Positions 1 to 11,622 are shown, counted from the stretch's first letter. The stretch is DNA of 64,000 nucleotides from Octopus sinensis (GCF_006345805.1 NC_042999.1:111166001-111230000); one strand, 5' to 3'. Translations and numbers: made by a program. The notes: a model not told the origin generated them from the letters alone.

Positions 1-590
1 CTGTTGATCACATGTGCGAGGTTTTCTTCAGAAATGTGACATTGTCAACATTTTCTGTTGCTTCTTGGGCCCCAAAGGCTTTACTGTATTTTCTGTTTAT
101 ATGGCATTTTGTAGCTTGTAGCAATGTATTGCTCTAGGATAGCAACCCTCAAAGTGCGATACGATGTAAGGGTCGTGAGCATATTCATTTCTTAATTATC
201 CTTTCTGCTATGCTGGTTGTTTCAGGCCAGGTCTTCATTTAGGTAAATCCAGCTGTTGCATGGTTTTATAGGAGAATACCAAAAAGTACTTTCTGAGAGG
301 CTCACTGCCAGCACATGCGATGCTTCTTTCATTTTTTAGCACAATGTCTATCTTTTATTTTTTTGCTGCTGTTGTTTGCCGAGTGCCGTCTGGGGAGATA
401 CAACATTTGAAGACTGTCTGCACTAACCTCAATTCTGCAGCTTCTGCATTTCTTCTGTAGAGCCTGACGATATCCCTGATTATATGTAAGAGTGAAAGAA
501 CAGTGCATGCCCAGTATACCCATCATGACTACCCATCTAAGAGTACACCAGGACCAGGCACATGTATCCGAACCATATGTGCACGACATG
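1..590 (-). pseudogene. Decayed fragment of an RLE-type (R4/Dong-like) non-LTR retrotransposon ORF, post-RT region to CCHC knuckle
   Basis: Minus-strand frames give LYLPR (cf. RLYLPRxxGGRGL), SHFEG..AILEQYIATSY (cf. EGxIxAxQxQxIxTxY) and KC*QCHISEENLAHVINS (CCHC remnant). Stops and frameshifts present; runs off the window start. Confidence 0.55.
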
Positions 591-1215
591 GTGACCTCAT
601 ATTAATGCCTTGCAGGTGTGGCTTAGAAGGTCGAGTAGCCCAATCCGTTCAAAAGTTCCCTGAATAAGGTTTGTTTAAAGATGTTGAGCGAAACACCCAT
701 GTTTCCAGAGGTGAATTATTCAAACCTCCCAACGAATTCCTCTCAACACATGGCTCTGATGCTCCCCTAGTACTTCTGCTCGTGATCTAACCGAGATCCA
801 AGGTTCCTTCATTGGAATTTCAACATCAACATGGTATTTTTGCATGTACTTGAGTATATGTGCGGTATTTTGAGTCAGTGTATGTGCAGATTTGTAGGTA
901 TGTATCTATGTATGTATTATGTAAGCACATACGTACGTACGTATGCATGCATGTATGCATATATGTATGTATGCCTGTATGTATGCATGTAGACACGAAT
1001 ACACGTTCAGGTTTATAAACGAGAGTAAAAGTAGACGATACGCCTAATAATGTTTATGCATTTTATCAAAGCTAAGACTTCGATTTTCTAACGATGTTTG
1101 TGTTACCGCATTCGGTCTCTTAACCATTAAAATCTCCAGCATCTTTACCGCTGCCTTTATTTTCATTGCCACCAATGAGACGATTAAGAAAAGCAGCACC
1201 ACATTACCCATTATA

Positions 1216-1253
<38 letters not shown>

Positions 1254-1362
1254 ATACTAATACTGCTACTGCTGCTGCTGCTACTCCTACTACTACTATA
1301 AGTATTACTACTTCTACAGACACTACCACCAACCACCACCACTAACCACCACCACCACTACC

Positions 1363-1396
<34 letters not shown>

Positions 1397-1680
1397 AAAC
1401 TACCAATAACATCTTGAACGCCACTTCACTGCCCATCCTTCATTTTCAACGCTGTCTTCTGCTAAATACTTCAAGGAGGTGCTTTCGCAGCCCCTACTTA
1501 TCCCAAACAGACTTGACAGTATTGTTCTTATTAAATTGCCATAACCTGACCCTTTCTCTGTTTATTGATTCAAGGGACAGCATAAATAGCAGTCGGCAAA
1601 TTCCATTTTCTCCATTTCTTTTACTACCGCTGGGATGGCGGTAAGGAAACTGGCGAGCGTGAGGGAGAGATAGATAGACA

Positions 1681-1737
<57 letters not shown>

Positions 1738-2018
1738 GAAGAAAGAAAGAAAGAAAGATAGATAGATACAGAGAGAGAGAGAGGAGGGATGGAGGGAGCG
1801 AGGGAGCGGGGGAGAGAACATGGAGGTAGTGAAGTGATTTCGTGGCGCTATGGGATTTCAGTGTTGTTTCCTTTTTGTTCTTCGTGTTGTTATTGCAGTC
1901 TCATCTTGTGAAACCCAGCCAGACTGAGCAGTTCAGATTACATAATACACGGCTAATAATACCAGATCCAAACATGCCACCGCTATCATCATCGCAACCA
2001 CACACACACACACACACA

Positions 2019-2049
<31 letters not shown>

Positions 2050-2927
2050 TACAAACAAACAAAAAAAAACAGAAAACTTTTTCAGCGTTACACAACAGCA
2101 TCACCCACCACCGCTACTACTACCACCACAACCACCGCCACCACAACCAGAACCACCGCCACCACAACCACTGCCACAAACACCACCACTACTATCCCCA
2201 CGACTACCGCCCAAACTACTACAGATACTATTAACAATAAGGGAACCTATACGCGGTCACTAGAACTGCTAGAAATGGGGCAGACAAATCTCCCTGAAAT
2301 CACATCCTACGGTGGTGAAAAATATGTCCATTGGTATTCTTTATTTTTATAAGCCACAAAAGGTGGAATAATCATGTCTTTAACGTGTTTGATCATGCGA
2401 CTACTTGATCAGGACTGACCTGGGGCTAAAAAACAGCAACAACAACAACAACAACAAGACCATCGTTACTGCCGTTTAGAACTATCACAACAGCCATAAC
2501 CAATACGGTCGTTATTGTTACCAACATCAACACTAGTGTCTTTATCACCGCATTCTCCGTCGGTGCCATCACAAGTACTGCCACAATACTTGTGATGGAG
2601 TTGATGGTGGCTGTGGCCACCATCCCTCTCCATTGAAATTACGACAACGACCATCACCACCGTTAATCGTTAATGCTACCGCACACCAAATGCGAACAAT
2701 GTCACACATTGCCAACAACCACAAACTTCCCTCTGAAGTAAAACTATGTCTGTCTATCTGTCTATCTATCTATCCATCCATCTATCCATACATCCGTCTG
2801 TCTGTCTGTCCGCCAGCCTGTCTGTTTGTCTGTCTCTCTCTCTCTATCCATCCATCCATCCATCCATCCACCCATCCATCCAGCTAGCTAGCCATGCATG
2901 CATGCATGCATCCATCCATCCATCCAC

Positions 2928-3007
<80 letters not shown>

Positions 3008-3070
3008 GTATGTATGTATGTATGTATGTATCTATCTATCTATCTATCTATATATATATATATATATATA

Positions 3071-3364
3071 TATCACCGTGATAACCGTGACTGACCAGGC
3101 TATCAGATGTTGCTACACGTCGCTGGTCACAATGCGCTTCGCATTGTTTTAGCCTTCAAATGACGCCATGCCGCTGGCTAAGCAAACAGGCCAACAGAAG
3201 AAAGAGTGAGAAAGTTGTGGCGAAACAGTACAACAGGGATCGCCACCATCCCCTGCTGGAGCCTGTTTTCGCTCAATAAACACTCACAACGTCCGGTCTG
3301 GGAATCTAAACCGTGATCCTACAACCGCGAGTTCGCTGCCCTAACCACTGGGCCATTGCGCCTC

Positions 3365-3365
<1 letters not shown>
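3071..3365 (-). mobile_element. tRNA-derived SINE, family C (copy 1)
   Basis: Reverse complement starts GGAGGCGCAATGGCCCAGTGGTTAGGG (A box) with a degenerate B box. Colinear over ~300 bp with the copy at 11621-11923. Confidence 0.85.
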
Positions 3366-3405
<40 letters not shown>

Positions 3406-3466
3406 GTATATGTAGGTCCCGGGTTGAGTCGGGGTTAACCACAGTAAATAAGGTACTCAATACATC

Positions 3467-3517
3467 AGCTTCCTGATGATTTCTTTTGAATGAAACAGTT
3501 CTAGTCCTGTAGAAGCT
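3467..3517 (+). ncRNA. Type I hammerhead ribozyme motif
   Basis: Stem I AGCUUC/GAAGCU, core CUGAUGA, stem II UUUC-UUUU-GAAU, GAA, stem III ACAG-(8 nt)-CUGU, cleavage triplet GUA (after 3511). Only defect is a U.U pair closing stem II. Confidence 0.65.
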
Positions 3518-3532
3518 CCTTCTATAAAATAA

Positions 3533-3578
<46 letters not shown>

Positions 3579-3701
3579 TATGTAAGCACATACGTACGTA
3601 TGCATGCGTGTATGCATATATGTATGTATGTATGCCTGTATGTATGCATGTAGACACGAATACACGTATATATATATATATATATCCATCCATCCATCCA
3701 C

Positions 3702-3779
<78 letters not shown>

Positions 3780-4157
3780 GCCTGTCTGTCTGTCTGTATG
3801 TATGTATCACTAACTGGCTGGTTATTTCTCTGTTTACTTGTCCATCTATCAGTCTCCGTTGCCTGTCAATCAAGTTATCCATATATCGATCGATCTATCT
3901 CTATCTTACCCTAATTCATTTATAAGTTTCGGTCATTGCAATTCGTGCACGCTTTCCAAGATTATTTGTGCTTCATATCGACCCTAACACTTATTTCGAT
4001 ATGATACATACTCTATCGAATATATTTGTCGAACCGTTAAGTTGCAGGTCAAAAAGGAACATAGACCACAGTCTATTTTCTTTCTCATCCTTCCTCATTA
4101 CTTTCTTACCTTCTTTTTTTCTATCTTTTCTATATCTCTCACTTTCTATCTGTGTAC

Positions 4158-4228
<71 letters not shown>

Positions 4229-4441
4229 GGACGGACGCTAGTCATATCGGCTCCAAGTAAGTTGGCCACTTTTACATGTTTAAAACTCCTTGTTGTCAAA
4301 TATTTTGTTTTAATCGTTGTGCAAATTCATTCACTAAAAAACCTGAGAATTATTCACGTAGAATTCCGCCCCTGTATGGGCGAAATTACAAAAAAACTTT
4401 CAAAACTTTCGTGGGTTTTTTAGCCATTTTTCATTTTGAAA

Positions 4442-5938
4442 ATGGCAACTAGAAACCACGTGGCTAGCCCGCCAGTCATGCAGAACGGTAGCAAAACACT
4501 ATTGCTACCACTAGCTGCTAAACATCGCAGCGTGAACACCGCTGTCACCACCATCACCACCACCAACAACAACAACAACAAATCTAACGTCGCATTCACC
4601 ATCGCCGCGACCAAAGACATTAACTTAGATTTCCCCTCACTCCCCACACCACTTGTTGATGATAAAGGGACAGAGAAAGGGATTTCAAAAATGAATACAA
4701 ACGAAAACATGAATGCCAGCACCACCACCATCACCACCAACAACAACAACAACGAAATTGGCACAAAGCCGCCTACCAAAGACAACACCGCCAACACCAA
4801 CACCACTACTACGACGTCAAATGCTACATCCAAGCCTTCTGCTGCTAATACCGCCAACACCAACACCACTACCATGACTTCAATTAACACTGCCACAATT
4901 AACACTTCTACTGCCAAATTCAAAACGAATTTTGCGGACGTAACAAAACAAAAAAGAACAATTGTAACATTCACCACACAAGAGATAAACCGCACAAAGG
5001 CACTCTTCTCCAAAGAAGGAGACAAATTGCACCTTCATATTCCACAACACATCGTGGAAAACACGCAAAAAAAAACAATAATTTATAAAGTAATAAACAA
5101 AAAAACAAGAAGAACAGAAAATGCACCGCAGGAAAAAATCGATAAATGCCTTCGTCCTGTATGGGACTCCAAGGAATATATCAGTTGGGGAAACAAATTT
5201 GGTACAGTCCAAGTACGTTTCCTCAACGAAAGTTTAGCAAAACGTTTTTCCACATTGGAGCTACATTCGGACGACTTGGTAATGATACCAGTCTATTTAA
5301 ACAAAAGGGTCACGAAAGTCCAAATAAAAAACATACCATTTGATGTCGAAACACAATGGGTGGTCTCTGCCATCTGCTTTGAAATGTCAGAGACAATGTC
5401 AGAGACAAACATCCTGGAAATCGCGGTTCTAGGAGAGAAAGACTATGTGGGCAAATCAATCGAATTCCTGCTTCAATTGGATGAAGCAGCAAGAGAGAAG
5501 ATACCCACCGCTATAGAACTGCCAGGAGGCTACAAACTCTATATAGTGGTAGAGGGCAGGCGACCACGCTGCTATTTGTGTGGAAGCGAAACACACTTGA
5601 AAAAGACGTGCCCAACCACTGCACACCAAGAGCAACAACAACAACCACTACCACAACCAAAGCACTCCGGAAAAAAAGCTCTACTACCCACACCACCATC
5701 AACACAGAAGACGACAAGAGAAGCACACCAAGCTAATCCGTCATCAACCAAAAACCACTCGACACCTGGAAAAATACCAACACTACCATCAACAGCAAAA
5801 CCCAAAGGAACAGAAAAACAAAGAGAAAACACACACAAACTGATCCCCCATCCCTTATACCGCACTCAACACACACAAACACTCAACAACCAACAACAAC
5901 GAAAACAACAACACAACCACTTACACAGACATACATAG
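4442..5938 (+). CDS. Tx1 ORF1 (gag-like nucleic-acid-binding protein), N-terminal part
   Basis: First ATG at 4442 (track starts at TTG 4436). Thr/Asn-rich N-terminus, RRM-like segment VQIKNIPFDV, zinc knuckle CYLCGSETHLKKTC (CX2CX4HX4C) at 5570-5611. Confidence 0.85.
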   Translation: MATRNHVASPPVMQNGSKTLLLPLAAKHRSVNTAVTTITTTNNNNNKSNVAFTIAATKDINLDFPSLPTPLVDDKGTEKGISKMNTNENMNASTTTITTNNNNNEIGTKPPTKDNTANTNTTTTTSNATSKPSAANTANTNTTTMTSINTATINTSTAKFKTNFADVTKQKRTIVTFTTQEINRTKALFSKEGDKLHLHIPQHIVENTQKKTIIYKVINKKTRRTENAPQEKIDKCLRPVWDSKEYISWGNKFGTVQVRFLNESLAKRFSTLELHSDDLVMIPVYLNKRVTKVQIKNIPFDVETQWVVSAICFEMSETMSETNILEIAVLGEKDYVGKSIEFLLQLDEAAREKIPTAIELPGGYKLYIVVEGRRPRCYLCGSETHLKKTCPTTAHQEQQQQPLPQPKHSGKKALLPTPPSTQKTTREAHQANPSSTKNHSTPGKIPTLPSTAKPKGTEKQRENTHKLIPHPLYRTQHTQTLNNQQQRKQQHNHLHRHT

Positions 5939-6447
5939 AAGCCCACAACATACCCCTACCCCCTTCTGATTCCTCAGAAATTTCGTCGGAAGACGAAACC
6001 AGTGAGGAATGGCAAATAGCTACAAAAAGAAGGAAAATAAAGAGCAGAAACACAACCAAACCAAATGCAAACACGAACAAAGCAGGGGGAAATACATCTC
6101 CCGAAGACATTTCAAAACCCAACGCAAACAACAGCCACACCAACACCACAAAAACATATACAGCAAACATGCTCACAGCCATAGACACCAAAAACACAAA
6201 TTTGATGGAATACATCCAATCAAAAACAAACATAACAGAAGATGACATAAAAACAAACAACCACCCATACACAACACCACCAGACCACATCAAAATAATA
6301 CACATCTCCAAAAGTCTGCACCACACACTCAAAGGCATTTTCCCCAGTGCGGTTGGTAAATGCCAAAAATATCTCACAAAGAAACTGTACTGGGATCTTC
6401 TCGAGGACAAACCAACGGAGGAGAAAGCAAAAACTTTCGAGCAGTAA
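5737..6447 (+). pseudogene. Tx1 ORF1 C-terminal part in the -1 frame
   Basis: Frame open from after TAA 5734-5736 to TAA 6445-6447 (..SDSSEISSEDETSEEWQIATKRRKIK..KAKTFEQ*). Overlaps the upstream part by ~200 nt and ends 31 nt before the ORF2 ATG. Confidence 0.75.
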
Positions 6448-6478
6448 GTAACCCTCTGTATTCTAATTCATTAGAACT

Positions 6479-9400
6479 ATGATCAAGATTGGTTGTGTAA
6501 ATGCGCGTGGCTTGGGGTCCCCTTGGAAACAAGGGTACCTCTTAAATGACATAAAGTCACATAAGTTAGAAATCATAGCCATAAGCGAGACCAGACTCCA
6601 CAATCCGCGGGCCCTAAAGACCATGTTTGGCGGACAGTTCAACATTTATTTTTCCCCCTGTCTGCCGAGAATGGGCGGTAGTGGCACCGCGGTACTTTTT
6701 CACAAGAGTCTGGATCTCAATGTAAGGACAATATTCGTAGACCCGGAGGGTAGACTGGTCGTCCTGGATGTCGACGGCAGCAATGGGTGCGCTTTTCGGC
6801 TCGTATCAGTTTACGCACCGCCCTTAACAGGTCGGGCGGATTTCTTTCAACGTCTAGAAGTTTTCTTGGGAACGTCTCGTCCTTTACTCTTAGTTGGGGA
6901 TTGGAATGCTACCTTGGACACGCATGTAGACTACGTGGGTAGAGATAGGAATAGACGGGGATGCAAATGCCTCAAAGACCTGCTCAGACGCTTTCAACTG
7001 TCTGACAGGTTTCGACTAGACCACCCGAATGCGCCAACGTGGACATGGAGCAACCGCATCGGGTCGTCGAGATCGTATCTAGATAGGATACTGTGTAGGA
7101 CAGTAGATAGAGATAGCATAGGATGTCCACAATTCCACATAGTCAGCTACACGGATCACAAACTTGTGACATGTACGCTAGACTTAGGTAAGACACTTAG
7201 GCAGGGTCCCGGATACTGGAAACTAAACGCGTCTTTCCCATCGAGACAAGTTTTCAGAGACCGGATTAGCACACTAGTAAAGAGGGCTTTGACGGGAGCC
7301 ATCATCAACAACAAATGGTGGTTTGCCCTCAAGAGAGCAGTAAAAGCAGAAGCGATTAGGTACAGCAAAGCACTAGCCATAGATAGAAATAGAGTAGAGG
7401 GTGAGCTAGTTAAGAAGCTAGAAGAGGCAATTAGAAGCGGCATCGCATCCGACGTTTTGGCGGCGAGGTTGGCCCTCGACCAACACTTCAACGCCAAACA
7501 CGAAGGATGTGCTGTCAGAGCTAGGATGCGTGCTCTAAGGAACGAAGGTGTTGGAGCCGCGAGAGAGGCCCGGGTGGCAGAGGCGCAACAGGGCAACAAA
7601 GCCACCATTCGGTCACTGGTAGATGAACAGGGGCGCGAATTGCTCGAGCCAAGTAAAATGTGTGAGGCCTTTCAGCAGCATTTTGCCCGACTGTTCGGAA
7701 CGAGTGGAGGGCAAGAACGTAGGGTGGACTTCAGTGCCTACCTACATAGCCTACCACGACTCTCGACAAGAAAGGCAGGGTGCTGCGAAGGTGCCATCAC
7801 GGCGGCGGAAGTGCGGGAAGCGATGGCAGAATGCTCGAGGGACAAATCACCGGGTTTGGATGGTCTACCCTACGAGCTTTACAATTGTATGCCAGACTTG
7901 TTTGGAGATCTCTTGGCGGCGGTGTACTGCAACTGGCAGCAAAACGGGAGCATTCCTGGTTTTGTGAGCCGAGGAGCCGTAACACTGCTGAAGAAAGATC
8001 TAAACAAGGGAAATGTAATAGATAACTTTAGGCCCATCACTCTGCTTAATGCAGACTTGAAAATTTTGGCCAAGGTGCTAGCCAAGAGGTTGGCGCTTGT
8101 CATCGAGAAACTGGTCGACAAGGCGCAAACATGCGCCGTGCCAGGCCGGACCATCCATGACAACCTCCATCTGATGCGCTACATCATAGACAGGGTAGTT
8201 AACGAACCTGGCATGGGTGGGGCCCTGATCAACTTGGATCAATCAAAAGCCTTTGATAGGGTAGACCATCGATACTTGGAGGCAGTCCTGAGAGCGGCTG
8301 GTTTCGGTCCCGTCTTCCGCGGCTGGATAGCTGCCTTGTACAGAGGCATCCGTTCGGTAATTCGCGTAAATGGACATCTATCGAGACCTTTCGACATTGC
8401 ACGTTCGGTCCGTCAGGGATGCCCCCTCTCGGCGCTTCTATACGTATTGACTCTTGAGCCACTACTGCGGAAGCTGGCGACTCTAAGGGGCATCCCGCGA
8501 GAATTGGGATGCGGGACGAGCGTGTCTGCATACGCGGACGACGTCACCGTCATAGTGTCTAGCCACGAGCACATCGAGCTGGTCGGCGAGACACTGAAAA
8601 ACTACGAAGCGGTGACAGGAGCGAAAATCAACCGGGAAAAGTCAGTGGGCTTGCGACTAGGCACCTGGAGAAGCAAGCCCATGCCGTCCACCAGCGCCTC
8701 CGTCGTGGGACGCTGGACCGACGGCCCGGTTGAGTTGCTCGGGGTCTGGTTTGGTCCGGACCTCCAAGTGGAGAAGAACTGGAACGAGATAACGAGTAGG
8801 GTGGTCACTCTCGCCCGGCAATGGGCCGAGAGGAAACTGTCCCTAAAAGGTCGAGCGGAGGTGGCGAACACGTACATCGCGTCCGTCATCTACTACCGCC
8901 TGACCGTCGTACCTTGTCCCGACCCTACCATCACCAAACTACAACGCATCCTCTTTCGCTTCTTGTGGAAAGGATGCGTCCCGATGGTCAGGCGATCCAT
9001 TTGCTGTCAACACCCGTTAAAAGGAGGGCTGGGCATGCCGTGGTTGATGATGCGCAGACACGCGCTGAGACTGCGACATCTCTGGCTCTATGTAGACGAC
9101 GGTGAACAGGTGTGGTCGCCGTTTGTGAGGCACGCTTTCCCGCAGCTCGTCTCCATGACCGAACTGCAGTCGTGGATCAAAAAGAGGCCGAGGAAGGGCG
9201 AATGGCACCGCGAGTGTCGCGTTGCTCTCAAGCAACTCTGCCGTCCTGGGTCGACCTTAAGTGACTTCAACACAACCAAAGCATTCTATAGGGGTTTAGT
9301 GGAGGGGAGGTACGACGACGAGCTCGGGGCGAACCTGGACGTCGACGAGGAGTACCTGACCCGCCTGTTCGGGACGACTTTCGGGCCAGGGCCCATGGAC

Positions 9401-9916
9401 AACTTCCAGAGATCCCTGGCCTGGCAGTGCTACCGAGAAGCGCTACCCGTTCGGGATAAGCTCTACAGACACGGCTCGAGAAACACGGGGCCGACCTGCC
9501 CGAGATGCGGTCAGAGCGACGAAACCGTTCTGCACGCACTCGTTCAGTGTCCAACAATTTCCGACCTGTGGGCTTATGTCGAACAACTGCTGTCACGTGT
9601 GGGACGAGTCGGTTTATCAGCTGAGTCTATCGTCAATATTGTCACGCCTCCTTCCTTCAAACGGGAAGGAAGAGCTATTTTCATCATCCTTGTGGCTATG
9701 GCGAAAGAATGTATCTGGTGGACGCGTCTGAAAGGATTGGAGACAAACACTTTCCTCTCTGGTCAATCTCTCATCAACTTCTTCAAGTACCACTTGAAAA
9801 GGAAAGTGAGAGTAGAGAGGCAAGTTTTGTCTAGCGAATGTTTTAAAAAAAGATGGGTGAATGTAGCAAGAATGGCACGTATGAATGACGAAGCCACCTT
9901 GAGCATAGTCCTATGA
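6479..9916 (+). CDS. Tx1/L1 ORF2: APE endonuclease, reverse transcriptase, C-terminal CCHC (intact, 1145 aa)
   Basis: APE motifs GCVNARGL, ISET, VYAP, GDWN, YLDR, TDH; L1/Tx1 linker GPGYWKLN; RT motifs KSPGLDG, FRPITLLN, DQSKAFDRV, RQGCPLS, YADD; CPRCGQSDETVLHALVQC. No stops. Confidence 0.97.
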   Translation: MIKIGCVNARGLGSPWKQGYLLNDIKSHKLEIIAISETRLHNPRALKTMFGGQFNIYFSPCLPRMGGSGTAVLFHKSLDLNVRTIFVDPEGRLVVLDVDGSNGCAFRLVSVYAPPLTGRADFFQRLEVFLGTSRPLLLVGDWNATLDTHVDYVGRDRNRRGCKCLKDLLRRFQLSDRFRLDHPNAPTWTWSNRIGSSRSYLDRILCRTVDRDSIGCPQFHIVSYTDHKLVTCTLDLGKTLRQGPGYWKLNASFPSRQVFRDRISTLVKRALTGAIINNKWWFALKRAVKAEAIRYSKALAIDRNRVEGELVKKLEEAIRSGIASDVLAARLALDQHFNAKHEGCAVRARMRALRNEGVGAAREARVAEAQQGNKATIRSLVDEQGRELLEPSKMCEAFQQHFARLFGTSGGQERRVDFSAYLHSLPRLSTRKAGCCEGAITAAEVREAMAECSRDKSPGLDGLPYELYNCMPDLFGDLLAAVYCNWQQNGSIPGFVSRGAVTLLKKDLNKGNVIDNFRPITLLNADLKILAKVLAKRLALVIEKLVDKAQTCAVPGRTIHDNLHLMRYIIDRVVNEPGMGGALINLDQSKAFDRVDHRYLEAVLRAAGFGPVFRGWIAALYRGIRSVIRVNGHLSRPFDIARSVRQGCPLSALLYVLTLEPLLRKLATLRGIPRELGCGTSVSAYADDVTVIVSSHEHIELVGETLKNYEAVTGAKINREKSVGLRLGTWRSKPMPSTSASVVGRWTDGPVELLGVWFGPDLQVEKNWNEITSRVVTLARQWAERKLSLKGRAEVANTYIASVIYYRLTVVPCPDPTITKLQRILFRFLWKGCVPMVRRSICCQHPLKGGLGMPWLMMRRHALRLRHLWLYVDDGEQVWSPFVRHAFPQLVSMTELQSWIKKRPRKGEWHRECRVALKQLCRPGSTLSDFNTTKAFYRGLVEGRYDDELGANLDVDEEYLTRLFGTTFGPGPMDNFQRSLAWQCYREALPVRDKLYRHGSRNTGPTCPRCGQSDETVLHALVQCPTISDLWAYVEQLLSRVGRVGLSAESIVNIVTPPSFKREGRAIFIILVAMAKECIWWTRLKGLETNTFLSGQSLINFFKYHLKRKVRVERQVLSSECFKKRWVNVARMARMNDEATLSIVL

Positions 9917-11539
9917 ACCCAGAAATCGAAAACAGAGAGTTGCTTATTTGCAAAAAAAAAAAAAAAAAAAAAAAAGAAATATAAAATGTGACTTCATTGA
10001 CCGAGGTTACCGTGGTCTTTTCCGCAGGCTTTTCTTTCCACGGGTAAACCTCACCTGTCCTCCCCTTTACACTTCATATTGACATTTCTGTGATAACGAT
10101 CCCTATTGATCATTTTTTTTTCCTCTCCCCCCCTTTTTTTTTTTTTTTTTCTTTTTAACCCCCCTTATTTTTGTCCTCATTTCTCTCCTTTTACGATCCC
10201 TTTTGATCGAACCTCCCCCTTCCCTTTTTTTTTTTATTTTTTTTTTTTTTTTTTTTTTTAATACCTTCAAAAGAAAAGCTCTACCTTGTAATTTGTTCTA
10301 TCTGTGTGCAGCCCTGTGTGGCTAATAAAGAAACATATCTATCTATCTATCAGTGTGTCTGCATGTCTGTCTGTCGATTTCAATATGCGCGTGTGTGCGT
10401 GTTAACATCTTCCCTTCTTTCCTTCTTTCTTGTTCCCTATTCCACGACCTCTCCCTTTCCTTATACATTCATTTCAATCATTCTATAGTTTTCTTTATGA
10501 CTTCATATATATGTTTTTTATACAAAGTCTCTGTGTATGTGAGTCTCTAATTTGTCCGTATCATTTTTCCCCGATATTTCTCCCTTTACCTTCTCACTAC
10601 TTACTATCTTTCTCTCTCTTTCTCTCTCTCTCTCTCCTGCTCCTTTTCTCCCTCTCTCTTTATTTCATCCCTCTTCGCCTAGTTTCTTTCTTTTTATCAC
10701 CCTAACCACCCCATTTCTCCGCGTTGTCCAACTCTGTTCACCCTTCACCATCTCTTATTTTATGCTGTCTGTTTTTTTGTTTAATCATTTCTTTTTTGTA
10801 TGTGTAACATTTTTTTTTATCTTCTGTTTCCAGCATTAAAGCTATCTGATCTTTACTCAACCATCTCCTCTATCACACTTTGTCTGCATATTTACCCTCT
10901 CTACAAACACAACTAACACTTCTACCCACTATCCCCTTACACATAATTCCACATTCAATCCCTCCACCTCCCGTCATACTCATATTACTATCTCTTTCTC
11001 TCATCTCCTTCTGTTCAGCCATTGCCGCTATCTCCGCTTGCCTCCCCTTCCTTCCTCCCTTCTTCTGCACATCAACACCCTCTCATTACCTACTGTCTAC
11101 TATCTCCAGCCCGTCCCTTTTTCGCAATTCTTATTGTCTGTGTTATATTTTGCTTCCTTCTCTTCTGTCTAAATATGTGTGCCAATACCCGGAAGACCAA
11201 GCAGACTTTGACCTCTCTGGAGATCTTGGCTTCTTGAATTGTCTCTCACTGTCTTCCTCTTTCTGTCTGTCTCTCTTAATTTCTTTCTCTCTCTTTCTCT
11301 TTCTCTCTCACTCGCACTGTTTTATACATACGCACGCGCGCACCTTCGCACGTTTGCTCATACATACTCAAGCGCACACAGTACCCACCTAAGAGTATGT
11401 CTGCATTTATGCACTGGCACGTTTCGCATACAGACAACTATACACATACGCACGCAAACACACGTACATACTTACACACAGATATGTACTGTTTTGTTTA
11501 CGTATATATATATATATATATACATTAATATTTATATAC

Positions 11540-11620
<81 letters not shown>

Positions 11621-11622
<2 letters not shown>

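Larger units (their letters stand above)
4229..10335 (+). mobile_element. Full-length Tx1/L1-clade LINE (5'UTR, ORF1, ORF2, 3'UTR)
   Basis: Starts GG directly after (TATC)n ending at 4228 and ends AATAAAGAAACA directly before (TATC)4 at 10336-10351. Two-ORF layout; T-rich 3'UTR. Confidence 0.93.

Noticed and set aside
1842-2234. ORF with a signal-peptide-like N-terminus and His-rich tail
   Set aside because: GTG start, and the body is made of (CA)n and (CAC)n repeats; not a supportable gene.
4420-9823. Antisense and alternate-frame ORFs overlapping the LINE (e.g. 4420-5025, 5883-6410, 7156-7608)
   Set aside because: Shadow ORFs caused by the A/C- or GC-biased coding strand; no independent motifs.
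9952-9975. A24 tract as the poly(A) end of the LINE
   Set aside because: No TSD fits there. A typical T-rich UTR, AATAAA and the (TATC)n junction lie 360 bp further on, and that end matches the second Tx1 copy.
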